From assembly GCA_001662655.1 (NCBI GenBank), contig KV460287.1: DNA of 64,000 bases. One strand, written 5' to 3'. Position 1 is the first letter of the stretch; each line of letters opens with the position of its first letter. This document shows, piece after piece, positions 1 through 12,424 of the stretch. A model generated the notes under the pieces. That model searched no databases. It was given only the letters and a program-made list of their open reading frames with translations, and was not told where the DNA came from. Source of the stretch: Pseudogymnoascus verrucosus. Taxonomy: Eukaryota. The position numbers and the translations under genes are program-made.

Positions 1-147
1 CCGCTTCTTGGCTATCTTGGCAACTACTCGAGTACTACTCGAGTACTACTCGAGTAGTACTCGAGTAGTTCAGATTTCTTCGAGTCGAGTACTACTCGAG
101 TAATTACTCGAGTAGTACTCGCAACGAGTAGTACTCGGGCAACACTG
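1..147. mobile_element. Probable end of a DNA transposon (hAT-like terminal inverted repeat with subterminal TACTACTCGAG repeats)
   Basis: Dense direct and inverted copies of TACTACTCGAG/CTCGAGTAGTA at 23-140, ending in GGGCAACACTG at 147 (reverse complement CAGTGTTGCCC, a CAG-start terminus typical of hAT elements). The other end is not in the window. Confidence 0.5.
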
Positions 148-397
148 TTAAACCTCCACTTTAGTTATTAGCTACGCACAGCCGAAGATCGGACCAGATA
201 TGTATAAAAAGTATATACAAATTCAAATTATATTTCATGGCAAGCGGCGCGCCCTCATGGAGCACTTATAGTCTAGTCTCACCAATGACAAATGGAAAAT
301 GTAAAGTGGGTTGCTAATTGCCATCTCATAAACCTACGCGCTGCATTCTCTCAAATATATTACGTGGATGCCATCACAACGGTTAATCAAATCCACC

Positions 398-1257
398 TCA
401 CAACCCCACCCTCTCTCTCACCGATCCCCCACCCACAAACCCCTTCACAGCCTCCTTCTCCCCCCCACCCCCTTGCTCTCTAGCCCCTCCCTCCCATCCA
501 ACCTCCACCACCGCCTCCACAAGCCCCAACACAACCCTCCTCCCCCTCTCCACATCCACCTCGTTCACCCCAGCAGGAACATGCAAAAACAGACACTTCC
601 CCTCCCTCTCCCCCCCCCTCAAAAACCCCAAACTCTCATGCAAAATATACTCACAAAGATACCTCCCCGCATCCTCCGAAGCCCTCACATCCGCCCCCCC
701 AACCCTCCCCTTCCACACCCCCACCACATCCTCAACCTCAATCCCCGGCTCCAACACATCCCCTTCCGTCCCCGCCTTGTCAGGTAAACACCCCTCCACA
801 TCCCCTACCTTATACCCGAACCCCGCAGCCCGCTTCTCGAGACAGTAGAATTCCCGCCCGGCTGCCATACCGATATGCACTCCCCAATCAGGGCGCCACC
901 CGTCTTCTCCCTCCCATAGCCCTGGGACTACAGATTCCACGACTGCGTATGCGACGCGGATTGCGCGCGGGTGCACGCGGAGATTCACCTTTGTTCCGCC
1001 AGGTGCGTGGGGTGAGGGCGGGAGATGCAGGGTTGAGGGGAGGGAGCGCGCGATTTCCCAGGAGGGGTTGATGGGGTATTGGGCTTTGAAGGGCTGGGAG
1101 GGGGTTAGCGGGGCACTGTTGTACGGGGAGGGGTTGGGAGAGTGAGACGTACGCCGAAGCCGGTGATGAGGACGTTAATTTCTTGTTCAGGGTGCTGGAC
1201 AGTGTCGGAGGTGGATGTGTCGGCTGAGCCGGAGGAGCTGGCGCTGTTGTCGCCCAT
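398..1257 (-). CDS. Pyroglutamyl-peptidase I (peptidase C15 family)
   Basis: Exon 1 1257-1153 (MGDNS...NVLITGFG), intron 1152-1094 (GTACGT...CTAAC...CAG), exon 2 PFKAQYPINPSWEIA...HIGMA...LEKRA...DAGRYLCEYI...LFLHVP, containing the C15 motifs TGFGPF, Glu, Cys and His. Confidence 0.9.
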
Positions 1258-4048
1258 AGCTGTGGTGGTTGTACGGCTTCGAAGGCGCGGGGTGCGCTCT
1301 GAGGGAATGTATGGATGATGAGCTGAGCACTGTTTCAACTCTGTCTCACAAAGGCGTGTCTCGTAAAATCAATACAAATAAAAAATCGATTTATGGGTTG
1401 CTTTGTTGAGCTACGTGAGTCTGTAGATCGAGATATGCAGGTGGGAATGTTGGTTGACGTCGTGTGCTCCTGCCACAAAATGCGGGGAAGCGCATGTGCC
1501 TGCCGTGGTGGGGTGGTGGCGGCAGGGGGGCGGCACGACGATACGAGAGCCCGTGATAGGTCCACGCAACTATAAAAGCACCATCGTCACTACCAAAACT
1601 CACTTCAGCTGTGTGCAGCCTGAACAAAATAGACGGCGCCTATTAGAGTCCCAGTCTAATAGCACCGGTTCGTAACGAGTCGAGGCAATTGATAGGTTTA
1701 CAGGGTTTGTACCAAGAAATTATGTGACGAATGGATCGACAAGAGGATTAGCTAACGACAGCAAAACTCAAACAACGAGAACCCCCAAACAACAGCAATA
1801 TCCCCACTCCCCACGGAGACCTTGCTCCAACTGGCCGCGGCTATATTGATCCTAGTTCATGTAGCAAACACTTCTTTGAACCCCCGCCCCAACGCCTTCG
1901 TGGCGGCCATTTTTCCATTTTGGCGTGCACCTGGCAACGATGAAGGAGGTGCCCAAAGTAGGTTTTTTATTATTTCTGACAAGGCTGTATCGGCGGGTCA
2001 ATATATCGCTATCATAGTCTTGTGTGTATTAAGTGCTGTCCGTGGTCAGAGACTACTTTTGTTGGGGAGCTGTTTAAGTACCATTGTAAGTTGATCAATC
2101 CTGTATGACTATGGGCAAGGAGCGGTAGATATGTATGGACTGCTGAATACGGCTCTCAAGGATGGACTCAGGACTGAGGTGGGTGTTTACTGCTCACAGA
2201 GTGCCGTTCGGGGTGAATCGTATATCATAGCTTCATTTTTCTCACTTCCATACTCCGCGCCACTATATAAGGATCAAGTTGTGGCAAACCTCACTATCCA
2301 GCATCCCACTTCTCACATCTCAAATCCCCTCCACCTACCAACCTCCATACATCCCACCCATCCACTTCCCCCCGTTGCTCCGTAGTCCAACAACCCCTTC
2401 ACCTCCAGCACAGCCAAAGTGGCAAGGGGCTTACAATATATATACCCCCCAGCCACTCCACAACTTAGGAACCACCAAACGAATGGAGATAGAACATACC
2501 AACTCAGTTCACCATCAGCTAAACAAAGCGCTGCGACGGCAGAGACCACTGCCTCCTTATACTAGGAGATGAAGGAATCAAGGATAGACCAGCTGACAGG
2601 ACATCCACACCACCGGATCACCGTGCTGCGTAACTACGTGTATGGAAACCGACAGCGGGGTAGTTGGTGACGACCAGGATGTAACGGCGGCGAGAAGAAT
2701 AGGCGACAACAGCAACCCTTCGCGACGGTGACAGCGTCGCTTTCGCTGGTAATCTTTAAACAAAGGCAGACGCACCTTAAGTTTATATGATATACGGCTC
2801 TACGTACGGTGTCCCGGGCGGAACATGGATATTTCTTGTCCATCGTTGCTGTGTTGGTCGAGGATCTATAGCAACTCGAGGTAAGTATAAGTGTGAGTCT
2901 CGAAGGTTTGGAGAGCAAAAGGAGGCTGAGAGTAAGATGTTTATTTATATGCTTGCAGCAGGGTGGGTCGTTATTCCCGAGAACCTGGGTTTGGCTCGGG
3001 GGGGGGGGGGGGGTTAATGATGGGAGAAGCTCCATCTCCTCGGGTCTAGGCAAACAGGAAGTCCAGCAAGGTCACATCAAATCACATCACATCACATCAC
3101 TTGAAAACCAAATAATTGCTTGCACAGCTTTCCATTCATTCTCCCATGCTCCACACCATTCATTACCCCCCATCTCTATCCATCCTCGAGCAAGCACCCC
3201 CTCACAGCAAGTTCTAATCCCCCAATATCATCGCAGTATCTATCCACAACACCTCATCCCTCATAATCGTCATCAATCCCCCCAAACCTAACCTCCCCAT
3301 CCGAAAAAAAAACCACAACAAACCCCCCGCCAAAACAATCCCCATAAAACAGCCGACCGACCATCCCAGTCGGCAAAGAAGAAGAACAAAAAAAAAGAAG
3401 AAAATGGGTCCAGTGTTGGAAGTATAGCTTATTCATAGTTCGTTTCAGTCGTAGCATGGTTGTTGTTGTTATGGTGGTGGTCATCTAGTCGTCACATATT
3501 CTCGTTCGTCTCGGTGCGTCCGTCTCATGCAAAAATAAAATCATCGGTTCTCCTTTTTCTCAATGCTTCCCTCCTCCATCCCGCCAGTCCTCCTCATCAG
3601 CACCGCCCTCAGATGTCGAAAAAAGGAGAAGTGAAGAATTGTTGTGACATCTTTGGGTGGTGTGGAAGAAGGTGAGTGCGGTGGGGGGGAAGCACAATGC
3701 TGAACGCCGGTACAATGCAATGCGCGCAAAATCCTTCGCGATGCTGTTTTGCGTGTAGGTAGGTGGGTAGGTAGTTCGTATGCGTAAAAAAAAAACTCTC
3801 CGCCGCCGCGTCTGTCGCGTTCCGAGTCTGCAGGGGCGCTGGGCAGCTCGTTCTGTGGCTTCGTAGACGGGTGTCGACGGGAGGAATAAAGTAAAGAAAA
3901 GGTAATAAAATGGAAAATAGTATCCGGGGCTATCGTCGTAATGCGTGCCCTATTAGAACGCCACCGTTGTTGGGTCATTCATTCGTATCAAGAGTAAAAC
4001 ATATCCCACAATCCATCCAACAGCACACACTTCTTTGTGGCTTGGGAC

Positions 4049-6025
4049 TCAAAGACTCCGATCCCTCGCATCGATCCGTTCGCTCATCTCCTCAAGCCTC
4101 GCCCTCATCGGACTCGGCGCGAAGTCAAACGACTCAATCGAATGCCTCACCTGCCTGCCCGTATTCTGGAAAGTGCTCCACCTCACCCCACCCACAACAT
4201 CCATTTCAGTCACCCCATGCGCGCGGCGGGGGAACGTGCTATTCTCCTGCCTTCCCGTGCCATTGAGTCTGAACACCGGCGGTGGCAATAGCGCCGCAGC
4301 ACCAGCAACACGTGACCATGAGCTACGCTCTGATTGTGTGCGCGAGTGTGTGCGCGAGGTTGGGCCGGGAGAGGGCTCGGGGCCGAAGACATCGTTTGCT
4401 GGAGATGCGAAGTTGATCGAGCGCGGGGCAAAGAGGGCGTAGTCGCGGCTGCGGACCGAGGCATCGTTGACGGTGTATCCGCGGCTGCGGACACGGCGCT
4501 GGTCGTTCTCCTGCTGGCTCTCGGCTGTGGGCTCTGTTGGGGGTCCAAAGAAGTTCGCTGAGAGGATGGAGGGACGGGAGGAACGGGCGTCTTCGGGGTC
4601 GTGCATGGCGCGGCGCTTTTGCGTGCCTGTTAAGGTTGAGGGGCGAAGGGTAGAGGCGAGGGATTTGGAGGATGGAGGGGGAAGGAGAGGGCGCGAGGAT
4701 TGCGGGCCGTAGGTCTTCGCGGCGAAGGGGGAGCCGAGGCGGCGAGTGGGTGGGGTTGCGAAGTCCCTAATGCTTGTCGTGGTGTTGAGGGGTGGGGACA
4801 GGGCGAGGCGCGCAAGGGGTCCGCCGGGCTGCATGGTTTCCGAGGCGCTGGTGGCAAGGGAGAGCGCGATGGATTTGGTGGAGAAAGGTTGGGTGTCTGC
4901 GGGGGCGCGAGCCTCTCCAAGGAGGTAGGTGGTAGAGGGGTCTTCGCGGTGAGAGAAGGGGGTGGTAGCGCGACCTTGGAGGTACATGTACATCTGTGCC
5001 GACTGGTCATAGTTGTACTTGCACAGCTGGCGGAGGTGGCTGCGCGTTGCGGCTCCAGAGTGGGCCCACTTAATATAAGCCTTTGGCGCATCACCAGTAG
5101 GTGTTGGGCTGCGGCCGCGCGCAAAGTCCATGGCGTCCGAGTTTAACGGCGCCAGGTAAGCTGACTCAACAGTCAGGTTCGAGCCGGGGTATTGGCGCTC
5201 CTTGCCCTTTTCGAGCTTGGATTGCTTCTTGGGTTTCGGGCCTTTCCAGCTCCTCTTGGCCTCCTTGGAGACGCGGCGCACAATGCCTTCAGGTGGAATG
5301 CGGCTATTCTCCATGCGGAAGGGTGTAACTGTGGGATCTTGGAGGTAGATATGGTATGTGCGCAGGAGGTGATCGCTTTGGTCCTTGGTCCAGCGGCTCT
5401 CGACATACTTCTTGCCGCGAACTTGAGAATATTGATCACTTGTCGCATCGTAGACTTCGTTATAAGTCAAGGTGTGCTTGTTCTTGGCCTCCTTTTGGGG
5501 CGCTGAGATAAATGGATCTCCCATCTCGCTATCTGGGCTGGTGCAGATCGTGCCATTGGAGCGCATGGTGTTGTTGCCACTGAAGTAGGAGTCATCCGAC
5601 CAGTTCGACGGATCGGAGTGAGAGGATGAAGGCCTGTCTGGGGTGCCTGGTGTAGAAGCATACCAGTCTGTCCTTCTGTAGCCATCGCCGTGATATGGGC
5701 TTGACTGTCCTGGCATCGGGGTCTTTGGAGGCGACGGACGGGCCAGTGGGGATAGGCAACCCTGCGCGGCACCAGCATCGACCATTTCACAGTCTCCAGC
5801 TGCATCTGGGAACTCGATCGAGGGGATCGGCACATCTGCTGCAGCCACAGAGGCAAGGAAGGCATCGGTTGGTCCAGCAGCGTGTGAGATGTTGCGGCGC
5901 TTAATTCTCAATCTAGGCTGTGCGCGAGGCGCCGATGGCTCTGGGAGCTCGGCCATAGCCGTTGGCTCTGGGGTACAGTAGCGGGAGTTCCGCGAGAGCG
6001 CAGACACTTCTGATGGAAGCATCAT
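4049..6025 (-). CDS. Uncharacterised 658-aa S/P/R-rich fungal protein
   Basis: Long uninterrupted ORF with coding-like codon use; mostly low complexity with ordered blocks (WTKDQSDHLLRTYHIYLQDPTVTPF; WAHSGAATRSHLRQLC). No function recognised. Confidence 0.8.
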   Translation of the reverse strand: MMLPSEVSALSRNSRYCTPEPTAMAELPEPSAPRAQPRLRIKRRNISHAAGPTDAFLASVAAADVPIPSIEFPDAAGDCEMVDAGAAQGCLSPLARPSPPKTPMPGQSSPYHGDGYRRTDWYASTPGTPDRPSSSHSDPSNWSDDSYFSGNNTMRSNGTICTSPDSEMGDPFISAPQKEAKNKHTLTYNEVYDATSDQYSQVRGKKYVESRWTKDQSDHLLRTYHIYLQDPTVTPFRMENSRIPPEGIVRRVSKEAKRSWKGPKPKKQSKLEKGKERQYPGSNLTVESAYLAPLNSDAMDFARGRSPTPTGDAPKAYIKWAHSGAATRSHLRQLCKYNYDQSAQMYMYLQGRATTPFSHREDPSTTYLLGEARAPADTQPFSTKSIALSLATSASETMQPGGPLARLALSPPLNTTTSIRDFATPPTRRLGSPFAAKTYGPQSSRPLLPPPSSKSLASTLRPSTLTGTQKRRAMHDPEDARSSRPSILSANFFGPPTEPTAESQQENDQRRVRSRGYTVNDASVRSRDYALFAPRSINFASPANDVFGPEPSPGPTSRTHSRTQSERSSWSRVAGAAALLPPPVFRLNGTGRQENSTFPRRAHGVTEMDVVGGVRWSTFQNTGRQVRHSIESFDFAPSPMRARLEEMSERIDARDRSL

Positions 6026-7200
6026 GTTCGATTGTGGTAGATGGTCGCTTTCGGGAAAAGGTAGAAGGTTGGGAATAGAGGTTGGTGAGATTGAAGTGTA
6101 GATTTGTATAGGTGGCGGGAGAAACTTGTTCGTAATATGACAAAGGTTATCGAATTGAAGAGATGCGCCAGTATTAAAATTGAGAGGCTGTATATGCGCC
6201 GTCGTACGAGGTCATTCAGGATCGTTGGGGTCCAAGTGAGGTCACGACCTCCAATGGCGGTCGCCGCAACCGATCCGGCGTCGACCACGGTCAGCGCAGT
6301 GGCATGGACAGGAATGCAGAATGTCTCGTGCGCAATCCGTTAGCGGTCGCAGTGCAACATACAAGACAAAAGACCCGTGATATGCAGGTTCGGATATGTC
6401 GAGGTCGGTATTTTTGGTGGGTGTGAAAAATGGCGAGGTTGGGGGACCACGGCGAGCGCTTCGAATGAGACCAAAAGGGTCCTTGAGTTCTGGTCGCGGC
6501 AGGCCCTGGAATGCTGGGAGCAGCAAGCGCGTTCAACGAGCGGTTCCGGAAAATATCGCGACGGATTGAGAAATTGAAGATTGACGCGACTTGAATGTAA
6601 TATCTTATAGCATAATCCGACGTGATTTGGTGAGTTGACAAACAATCGCGCAGTTTTCGGTTGTTGGTCTGGACTGATTGTGAGGTGTGGTTTTGTCGCG
6701 TCGCAAAGTCAACCCGCGCTTCTTGGACGTGGACTTGTTGATTGAGCCGAGTCGAATCGATGGAATTGAAGAAAGGAGAAGGTAATAAAAAGACGTAGGA
6801 TGTAGAAGAGTAAGAGGTAACGAGTGAGAGGTCGTAAAGTACGTAATTGTTGTGTGGTTGGGGTAGAAGAGACGATCGAAGGGTGGGAGGTTGTAGGATG
6901 GATGGAGGGTAGGAGGAGGAGGAGGAGTATTGGAGTTGTGGAGCGAATTTTTGATGGGGGGATGGTGGGCAGCGGGCGGACGCAGAGTGTGGGAGGGAGG
7001 GCGGCGGTGGGCGTGTGGGCGTGTGCGTGCGTTTGGTGGGTGTTTGGTGGGTGTGATTGTGGGATTTGTGGGTGTGTGATGGGGGCCGAGAAGTGCTAAG
7101 AACGCCTAGCCGTGTCTTTTGGTCCTGTCTTTTGGTTTAGGCGCAAATCTGAGGGCGCGAGAGGCGTGAGCTACCGGAGAACTACTGTACACCAGTGGAT

Positions 7201-7255
7201 CTATTCACAGCTATTCGCAGCTATTCGCAGCTATGCGCAGCTATTCTCAGCTAAT
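7201..7255. repeat. 10-bp tandem repeat (CTATTCGCAG)x~5
   Basis: ctattcacag ctattcgcag ctattcgcag ctatgcgcag ctattctcag seen directly. Confidence 0.9.
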
Positions 7256-8551
7256 TCTCCTCTTTCACGTCGCATTTGGGATGAACCGGGCTTGAGCTTG
7301 AGGAGAGCTAGGCATGGACTGGCGATGGAGTGAGGGGGAACTCTGGGAACTCTCCACTCGAATGCATGTCTTGACACCTTGGGCTTGGATGCGACGTGAA
7401 GCTGAGCGGGATATGGTCATATGGGTCTCGAGGGCATCCGGGGATGTGGGTAGAGAGAGTACAGAAGAGGGGGCGACAGCGATATACTATAGTAGGTGCA
7501 AGGGGAGTTGCAGATGTAGATATAGAGTCGTATCTATGAATAACCCCCGGCCAGAGTACAGTAGTACGGAGTTGGAGTTCGCGATACTCGAGTATTTCGA
7601 GTATAATAGTACGGTGGGTCGTGATCATGGGATGAAGATGAAGGGACGAAGGGACGAAGGGACCACAACTACGACTACGCGAAGGGTTGCCCAACGGGTT
7701 TATTCAGGGCATACTAAATCCTTAGTATGTCTGCGTCTATAGACCAAAAGTAATTGAAGGCAATTAATTGCAATTGTACGCTCACAGTCGACAACATGCG
7801 CATTAACAACGTCGTCGTTGCAACTGTACCCCACGCCGGCGCCTGATCGACCTTCTATCACCATACATACATACATGCAGCAATGTACACCCACCCAAGA
7901 TGTGCGAACCTCTCCCCCGCCTCTCCCTCTGCGCGCTGAGCAAACGTGTTCTCTGTGCAGCATGTACGTCCGGAGCACAGTCTCGAACGTGGCAGCCCTC
8001 CGGTCCATCCATCACCGCTCTTTCGTCGCATTTTTCCCTGTTCCCTGACCTTGACGCGTCTCGCGCGCGACGCGACGCGTCAGGGTCGCGTTAAGTGCTG
8101 AAACATCAAACGGGGCTCGGGTAGGGCGCAAGGCATGGAAAGAACGGGTGCCGCTGTCTGGGGAAGAGGGGAACAAGAGGGCATTTAAGTCGGGTCTACT
8201 TGATAGTATGGTATGGCGCATGAGCTTGGCTATGCTTTATTTCGTGGAGCGGTAGAGTTTGATTATACTTATGCTGTATAACTGTTGAGGTTAGTTTATT
8301 CAATCTCCATACGTACGTACGTACCGCCGTACGTTTATTAGCGTTTGCTAGAGTATGGCCATTACATGCCGAATGAGTTACGGAGGTGCACCGTCATTGC
8401 CAAACCCAACAGCCAAGCCACTGACAGACAATCCCGTCAATCCAGTCAATCCAAGCACAGCTGCAAGTACCACTCCTCGCGCTCGACGCGTCTTCACCGA
8501 CCAATTGACTCTGTCAAACAGCTACATGAACTGCTCATCCACCAAGGTTAG

Positions 8552-8590
8552 GGCAAGACCTTGCAAGACCTGGCAAGACCTTGCAAGACA
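8552..8590. repeat. 10-bp tandem repeat ((T/G)GCAAGACCT)x4
   Basis: ggcaagacc ttgcaagacc tggcaagacc ttgcaagaca seen directly. Confidence 0.85.
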
Positions 8591-9777
8591 GACAACAATC
8601 GTATCTCACGCTCGGCCGACCGACCGCGTTATCCTTACGGACGTATGCACTTCTTACTCAATCGGGGTTCAGTAGGGCTCGGTCTCAGAGAACGTGCAGA
8701 TACAGGGTATCATCGTTTGGTGACGACGACACTTTGATGAGCATGGACATGGGATACCATGGACACCACACTCCATTGACACAACGCTATGGACACCGCG
8801 GTACGTGCGGCAAGCTCCCGATTTGCGCACAGCGTACAGCGAGCGTACAGAAGAGATCATGAGAGGCTGGGAGCTCCGAGTTGTCTGACTGGCCACTCGT
8901 GGTATTTCCATGTTAGTAGCCGTGGCGGCTGAAGTGGTCGTCGCTGGCGCCGCCCATACCCCGAGATACTCTCCTCCGGCAGACACTCTTACTCCACTCA
9001 AATGAATGAATGAATGAATGAATATCACTTGAATTGCCAAACTGGACCTTCCCCTCTGTGCCTGGCTACGGCGTCAATTGGCGATTGAGCGGCTCTTGTC
9101 GGAAGGGGTCCACCCCCAAAAGAAGCATAGCCACACCGAATACGATGGTCCAACTCAGGACAAGCTTTCTATAAAGCCAAATCAAGCACTCTTCTCTTCC
9201 TTTCACAATTTTTCCGTGATTTTTGACCAATCTTCACCGATTCTTGGCCAATTCTTCAGCAAATTCTTCGTCGTTCCCTCAAAATGCCACATGATACACA
9301 ATTTATGCTTGGTCTGCCTACCCAGCACTATGTTATCCACGTGTGGGGCTCCCGTTCTCAGGTACCTACTTTTTCGTACCAAACCAACACCAAATCCAGT
9401 TCAGTTACGCGCGGATTACATCTTTGCCAAGAATCGAAATCTTGTCTGAAAGCACGCCAAGGGGCAATTCAACGGATCTGATTGCCGCTATTCCCCCCCA
9501 TTGTCTACGACAATTTCGATAAGGTCTCCATCGGCAATGTAGCTATCGACTTCTTCTCTCTCTCTTCTTTTTGTACATATGTATATACACCATCTCGAGA
9601 CATCTCATTTGCGCGACAGGACCGAGACAAGCGCGTGGTCAAATTCCCAACCAACAACTGCCGATCTCCACTACTTCTAGTACGTAGCCTCGTCGCCTCG
9701 CGGCGCCACGAAAAAGTTATATAGATTGTCGTGCGCCGACAAGCGCAGTACGACAACAACCGCGGCGCCAGCGAGCT

Positions 9778-11162
9778 ATGCTACCCTTCAAGCCGCCCCT
9801 GCGAGCGTTGATGCTCTTCGTCGCCGTCTCGACTGCCTTCCTCTACTTCGCCCTCTACCGCCACGACTTAGATTACATCACGGCCAAGATCCTCCCCCTT
9901 GGGAAGACAGATAAGCTTCCCGAGGGCACCAACCTCGACGACAAGGCGTCGTTCATTCAGGCCTTCCTTGAGCATGAGATTGATGGCCCCTTCGACCCGG
10001 CGCCGATACAGAAGGTCTGCGCGAGCAAGAAATGGAATGACAACTTGACTATTGTCTGTGGCGCGCCCCAGGGGGGAATTGGCAACGTCAGGAACGTCTT
10101 CCTGACCTGTTTGCGTTATGCCATTGAAGCAGGAGGTTGGTCCCCTAATCACAACCCTTAGCCAAACTAACCGTCCTAGGCGCTTTCGTAGTCCCGGAGA
10201 TAGTAGGGCGCGACGCCGACGACCTCTCCAAGCTCACAACAAACAACACCGTCCCCTTCGACTACTTCTTCGACCTCGAACACTTCAAGGCCTCCCTCGC
10301 ACTAGCCTGCCCTCAAATGGCCCTCCACACCACCGCCCCAGGCGACCTCTCTCTCAACCCCCCCATCCACCTCTCCCCCCAACACCTCCTGTCCGAAACC
10401 TTCGCCGCGACCGTGATCCTCCGCCCCGAGAAATGGCGCCCCGCCTTCGACGACTGGCTCTCCGAGCACCCCCCTATCTCCCCCGGCCGCTCCACCATCT
10501 CCCTCGCAACCCCCCTCCTCAACTACCCCATCTACTCCGACCCCGCCCCATTCATGACCTCCTTCGGGCGCCTCCTCCGCATCCGCGAGCCGTCGCGCCG
10601 CCTCGCCGCTGCAGCCGTCCACGCCTTACGCACTAAACACAATATCCCCATAACCCCCATCGGCATCACGTCCTCCGCCTTCTTCGGCGCGCACCTCCGC
10701 GTCGCCGCTGACGCCACAAAGGCCGGCTGGACGGGCTACGACCAGCAAGCTGCCTTCCTCCTCGACTTCGCGGAGGAGGTCAAGCTGAAGACGCTATACG
10801 TCACGTCTGAGTCCAAACCCGCTGAGACGTTCCGCGCGGACGCCACGAAGCGCGGCGCGGTCGCCCTGGCGAAGGAAGACCTCCTCGATGAGGCGGAGAC
10901 GAAGGCGCTGCGCGCTATGACGTGGGACCAGCAGGCGCTGGTGGATTACGAGGTCCTCCTCCGCGCGTCTTCGTTTGGGGGCATTGAGCTGAGCAGTTTT
11001 GCGTGGAATGTGGCGCTGAGACGGCATGTGGTTAGTAGGAGCGGGAGGAAGGCGTGGGAGGGCGTTAAAGAAGGGGGGGGGATGAATTTTAAGGATGAGT
11101 ATAGTAGGTTGAGGGGGGAGAAGGGGGCGCATCAGCTGTTTGTGGAGGCGATGTGGCCGTGA
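9778..11162 (+). CDS. Type II membrane O-fucosyltransferase-like (GT-B) glycosyltransferase
   Basis: N-terminal signal anchor; intron 10136-10179 (GTTGGT...CTAAC...TAG) joins the two ORFs in frame; motifs GGIGNVRN, FFGAHLR, LYVTS, ALVDYEVLLRASSFGG..SSF resemble POFUT/O-FucT-like enzymes. Confidence 0.7.
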
Positions 11163-12424
11163 GTGATTTTGTTTGGGATATAGGGATATGATCATATACA
11201 TTGGGTGTGGGTTAGGTAATGCCCATGAGGCGTTTTTTTATTTTCGTTTTTATTTTTGGGAGGGAGGGGATAGGAGGATGGAGAGGTTGGGGGGATGATG
11301 GGGTGTGGGTGGGTGGTGATGATGACTGTTATGTTGAGATGCCTGTCCTACAGGGCGATTTTTATATCACTATTTTGTGTGTACTATATCATTATACCGC
11401 TATATATATCACCATATATATATTCATATATAAGAAGGAATAGAAGCAAGCCGGTTTTGGTTACAGAACCCCTCGAAATTGAGGTATTGATGGGTTCACA
11501 TGGACTGAATTTGGCTGAGCACACGATGTTGGGGGGCATACGTTTTCCTCGATTGAAGGGGCGCACTTGAGCACATTGACGCGCGGCGCTCCACTTGACG
11601 GGAAATCGTTTAAAGCAAACAGCACGAAGAGGCATACGTACGTATTACAATATTATTTGCTCCCTCTTGCAAAGTTCCAAAACGAAATATTCCCGTGCTA
11701 TTCCATTACATGCCCTTGGTCGCCGAGCGTCATGGTGGTCTCGATCCCCCTCCGATTTCGGATTCTCACCTACCATGCACAGGTTGTAGTCACTAATTGC
11801 GGGTTTTCACCGATTGTGGGTTCTCGCCGATTAACGATTCTTGTCACTCAAATTTCTTGCTCCAGACATCCGCTTAGAACGTACCGAAGGATATTCGTTT
11901 AGTTTGCAAGGAGCGTCCTTGCGTTGGTCCAGGAAAACCGGCTGGATTCACATGCGATCTTCTTCTGTGTTTTTTCTGATACAACCCATTGTCTCCACTG
12001 CTGTCCTGCTGTAGTATCTTATATGGAACGCCGGTGGTCATTTTCGTCTTGTTGAATTTAATTCTTAATTTTACCCTTAACCTTTACATATTTATGGCCT
12101 TCCTAGGTTCTGCTCTGCACCGTGCCTGTCCTTTACATGCCGGGCTTTCACAGCATGCTTATCATTCTCGTGCTTCATTTCGGCGGCTATGATCTTGATG
12201 GTCTTGAGCTTCACAAGTTTATACTGAATCAATAGGAAAGATTATGAAGGTGGGTATTTAGCCATACATCCTTGTTCCTATACTGTCTGTTTAATCTGCT
12301 CGAGGCTCAATGATAATGAGATCCAACCCCCCCCCCAAATGCGCCATAACGCCGCCGCCTCATCCCCAACCAAATCAGTTACAAACATCCCTCCAAACGC
12401 CATCTCATTCCCAGCCCCATCCCA

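Noticed and set aside
2313..3053. Short minus-strand ORFs (e.g. MDKKYPCSARD...)
   Set aside because: I could not build a convincing spliced model or recognise any motif.
11560..12240. Possible decayed gene left of the array
   Set aside because: Only short stop-interrupted frames; no family signature, TM tail or conserved element.
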